A DNA stretch of 64,000 bases from an uncultured virus (IMG/VR IMGVR_UViG_3300035698_022433) (taxonomy: Duplodnaviria > Heunggongvirae > Uroviricota > Caudoviricetes). The position numbers and the translations under genes were made by a program. Below the pieces are notes generated by a model. That model saw nothing but the letters and a program-made list of their open reading frames with translations. It was not told where the DNA came from and searched no databases. The stretch's first letter is position 1. The number at the start of each line of letters is the position of its first letter. Positions 63,978-64,000 of the stretch are shown one piece after another. The stretch lies in IMG/VR virus record IMGVR_UViG_3300035698_022433. One strand, written 5' to 3'.

Positions 63978-64000
63978 ATTCCTATGTTTTAAAGTATTAA

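Noticed and set aside
1..64000. CRISPR array or canonical cas operon
   Set aside because: No 25-45 nt repeats with unique spacers and no cas1/cas2/cas3 were seen. The Cas4-like gene is a common stand-alone viral nuclease.
1..64000. Stop-codon reassignment
   Set aside because: Conserved genes are full length under the standard code, and TAA, TAG and TGA all terminate genes.
1..64000. Diversity-generating retroelement or retron
   Set aside because: No reverse transcriptase motifs and no template/variable repeat pair were recognised.

Overview
AT-rich, densely packed segment with essentially all genes on the + strand. It looks like part of a large archaeal virus or extrachromosomal element: BRE/TATA promoters, GGTGA Shine-Dalgarno sites, an intron-containing tRNA, tRNAs without encoded CCA, family B DNA polymerase, and many small orphan ORFs. 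No capsid or terminase gene is recognisable here. Layout: about 1-21 kb is a glycan/phosphonate cluster (cytidylyltransferase-PEP mutase fusion, three LicD proteins, GT10, Gmd, DegT, methyltransferases, divergent GAPDH, NTP transferase). About 22-37 kb covers nucleotide metabolism, DNA modification and replication (Cas4-like nuclease, thymidylate-synthase-fold enzyme with the dCMP-type Asp, dUTPase, UDG, DUF1599, serine recombinase, PolB). About 39-51 kb holds accessory genes. About 52-64 kb is an RNA-centred module (Ro60/TROVE with two upstream repeat RNAs, three RNA ligases, DHH phosphoesterase, four Leu/Ser tRNAs, an apparently complete archaeal-type SRP RNA). Best candidates for new systems: (1) a solitary Cas7/RAMP-like gene plus a VRR-NUC-like nuclease followed by a non-coding tract of phased NN-YAR pentamers (28.8-29.0 kb); (2) a DIP1984-like coiled-coil gene followed by a stem-closed RNA with 8-nt periodicity (54.6-54.8 kb); (3) the element-borne SRP RNA. 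All family calls come from motif recognition by eye, with no database searches.
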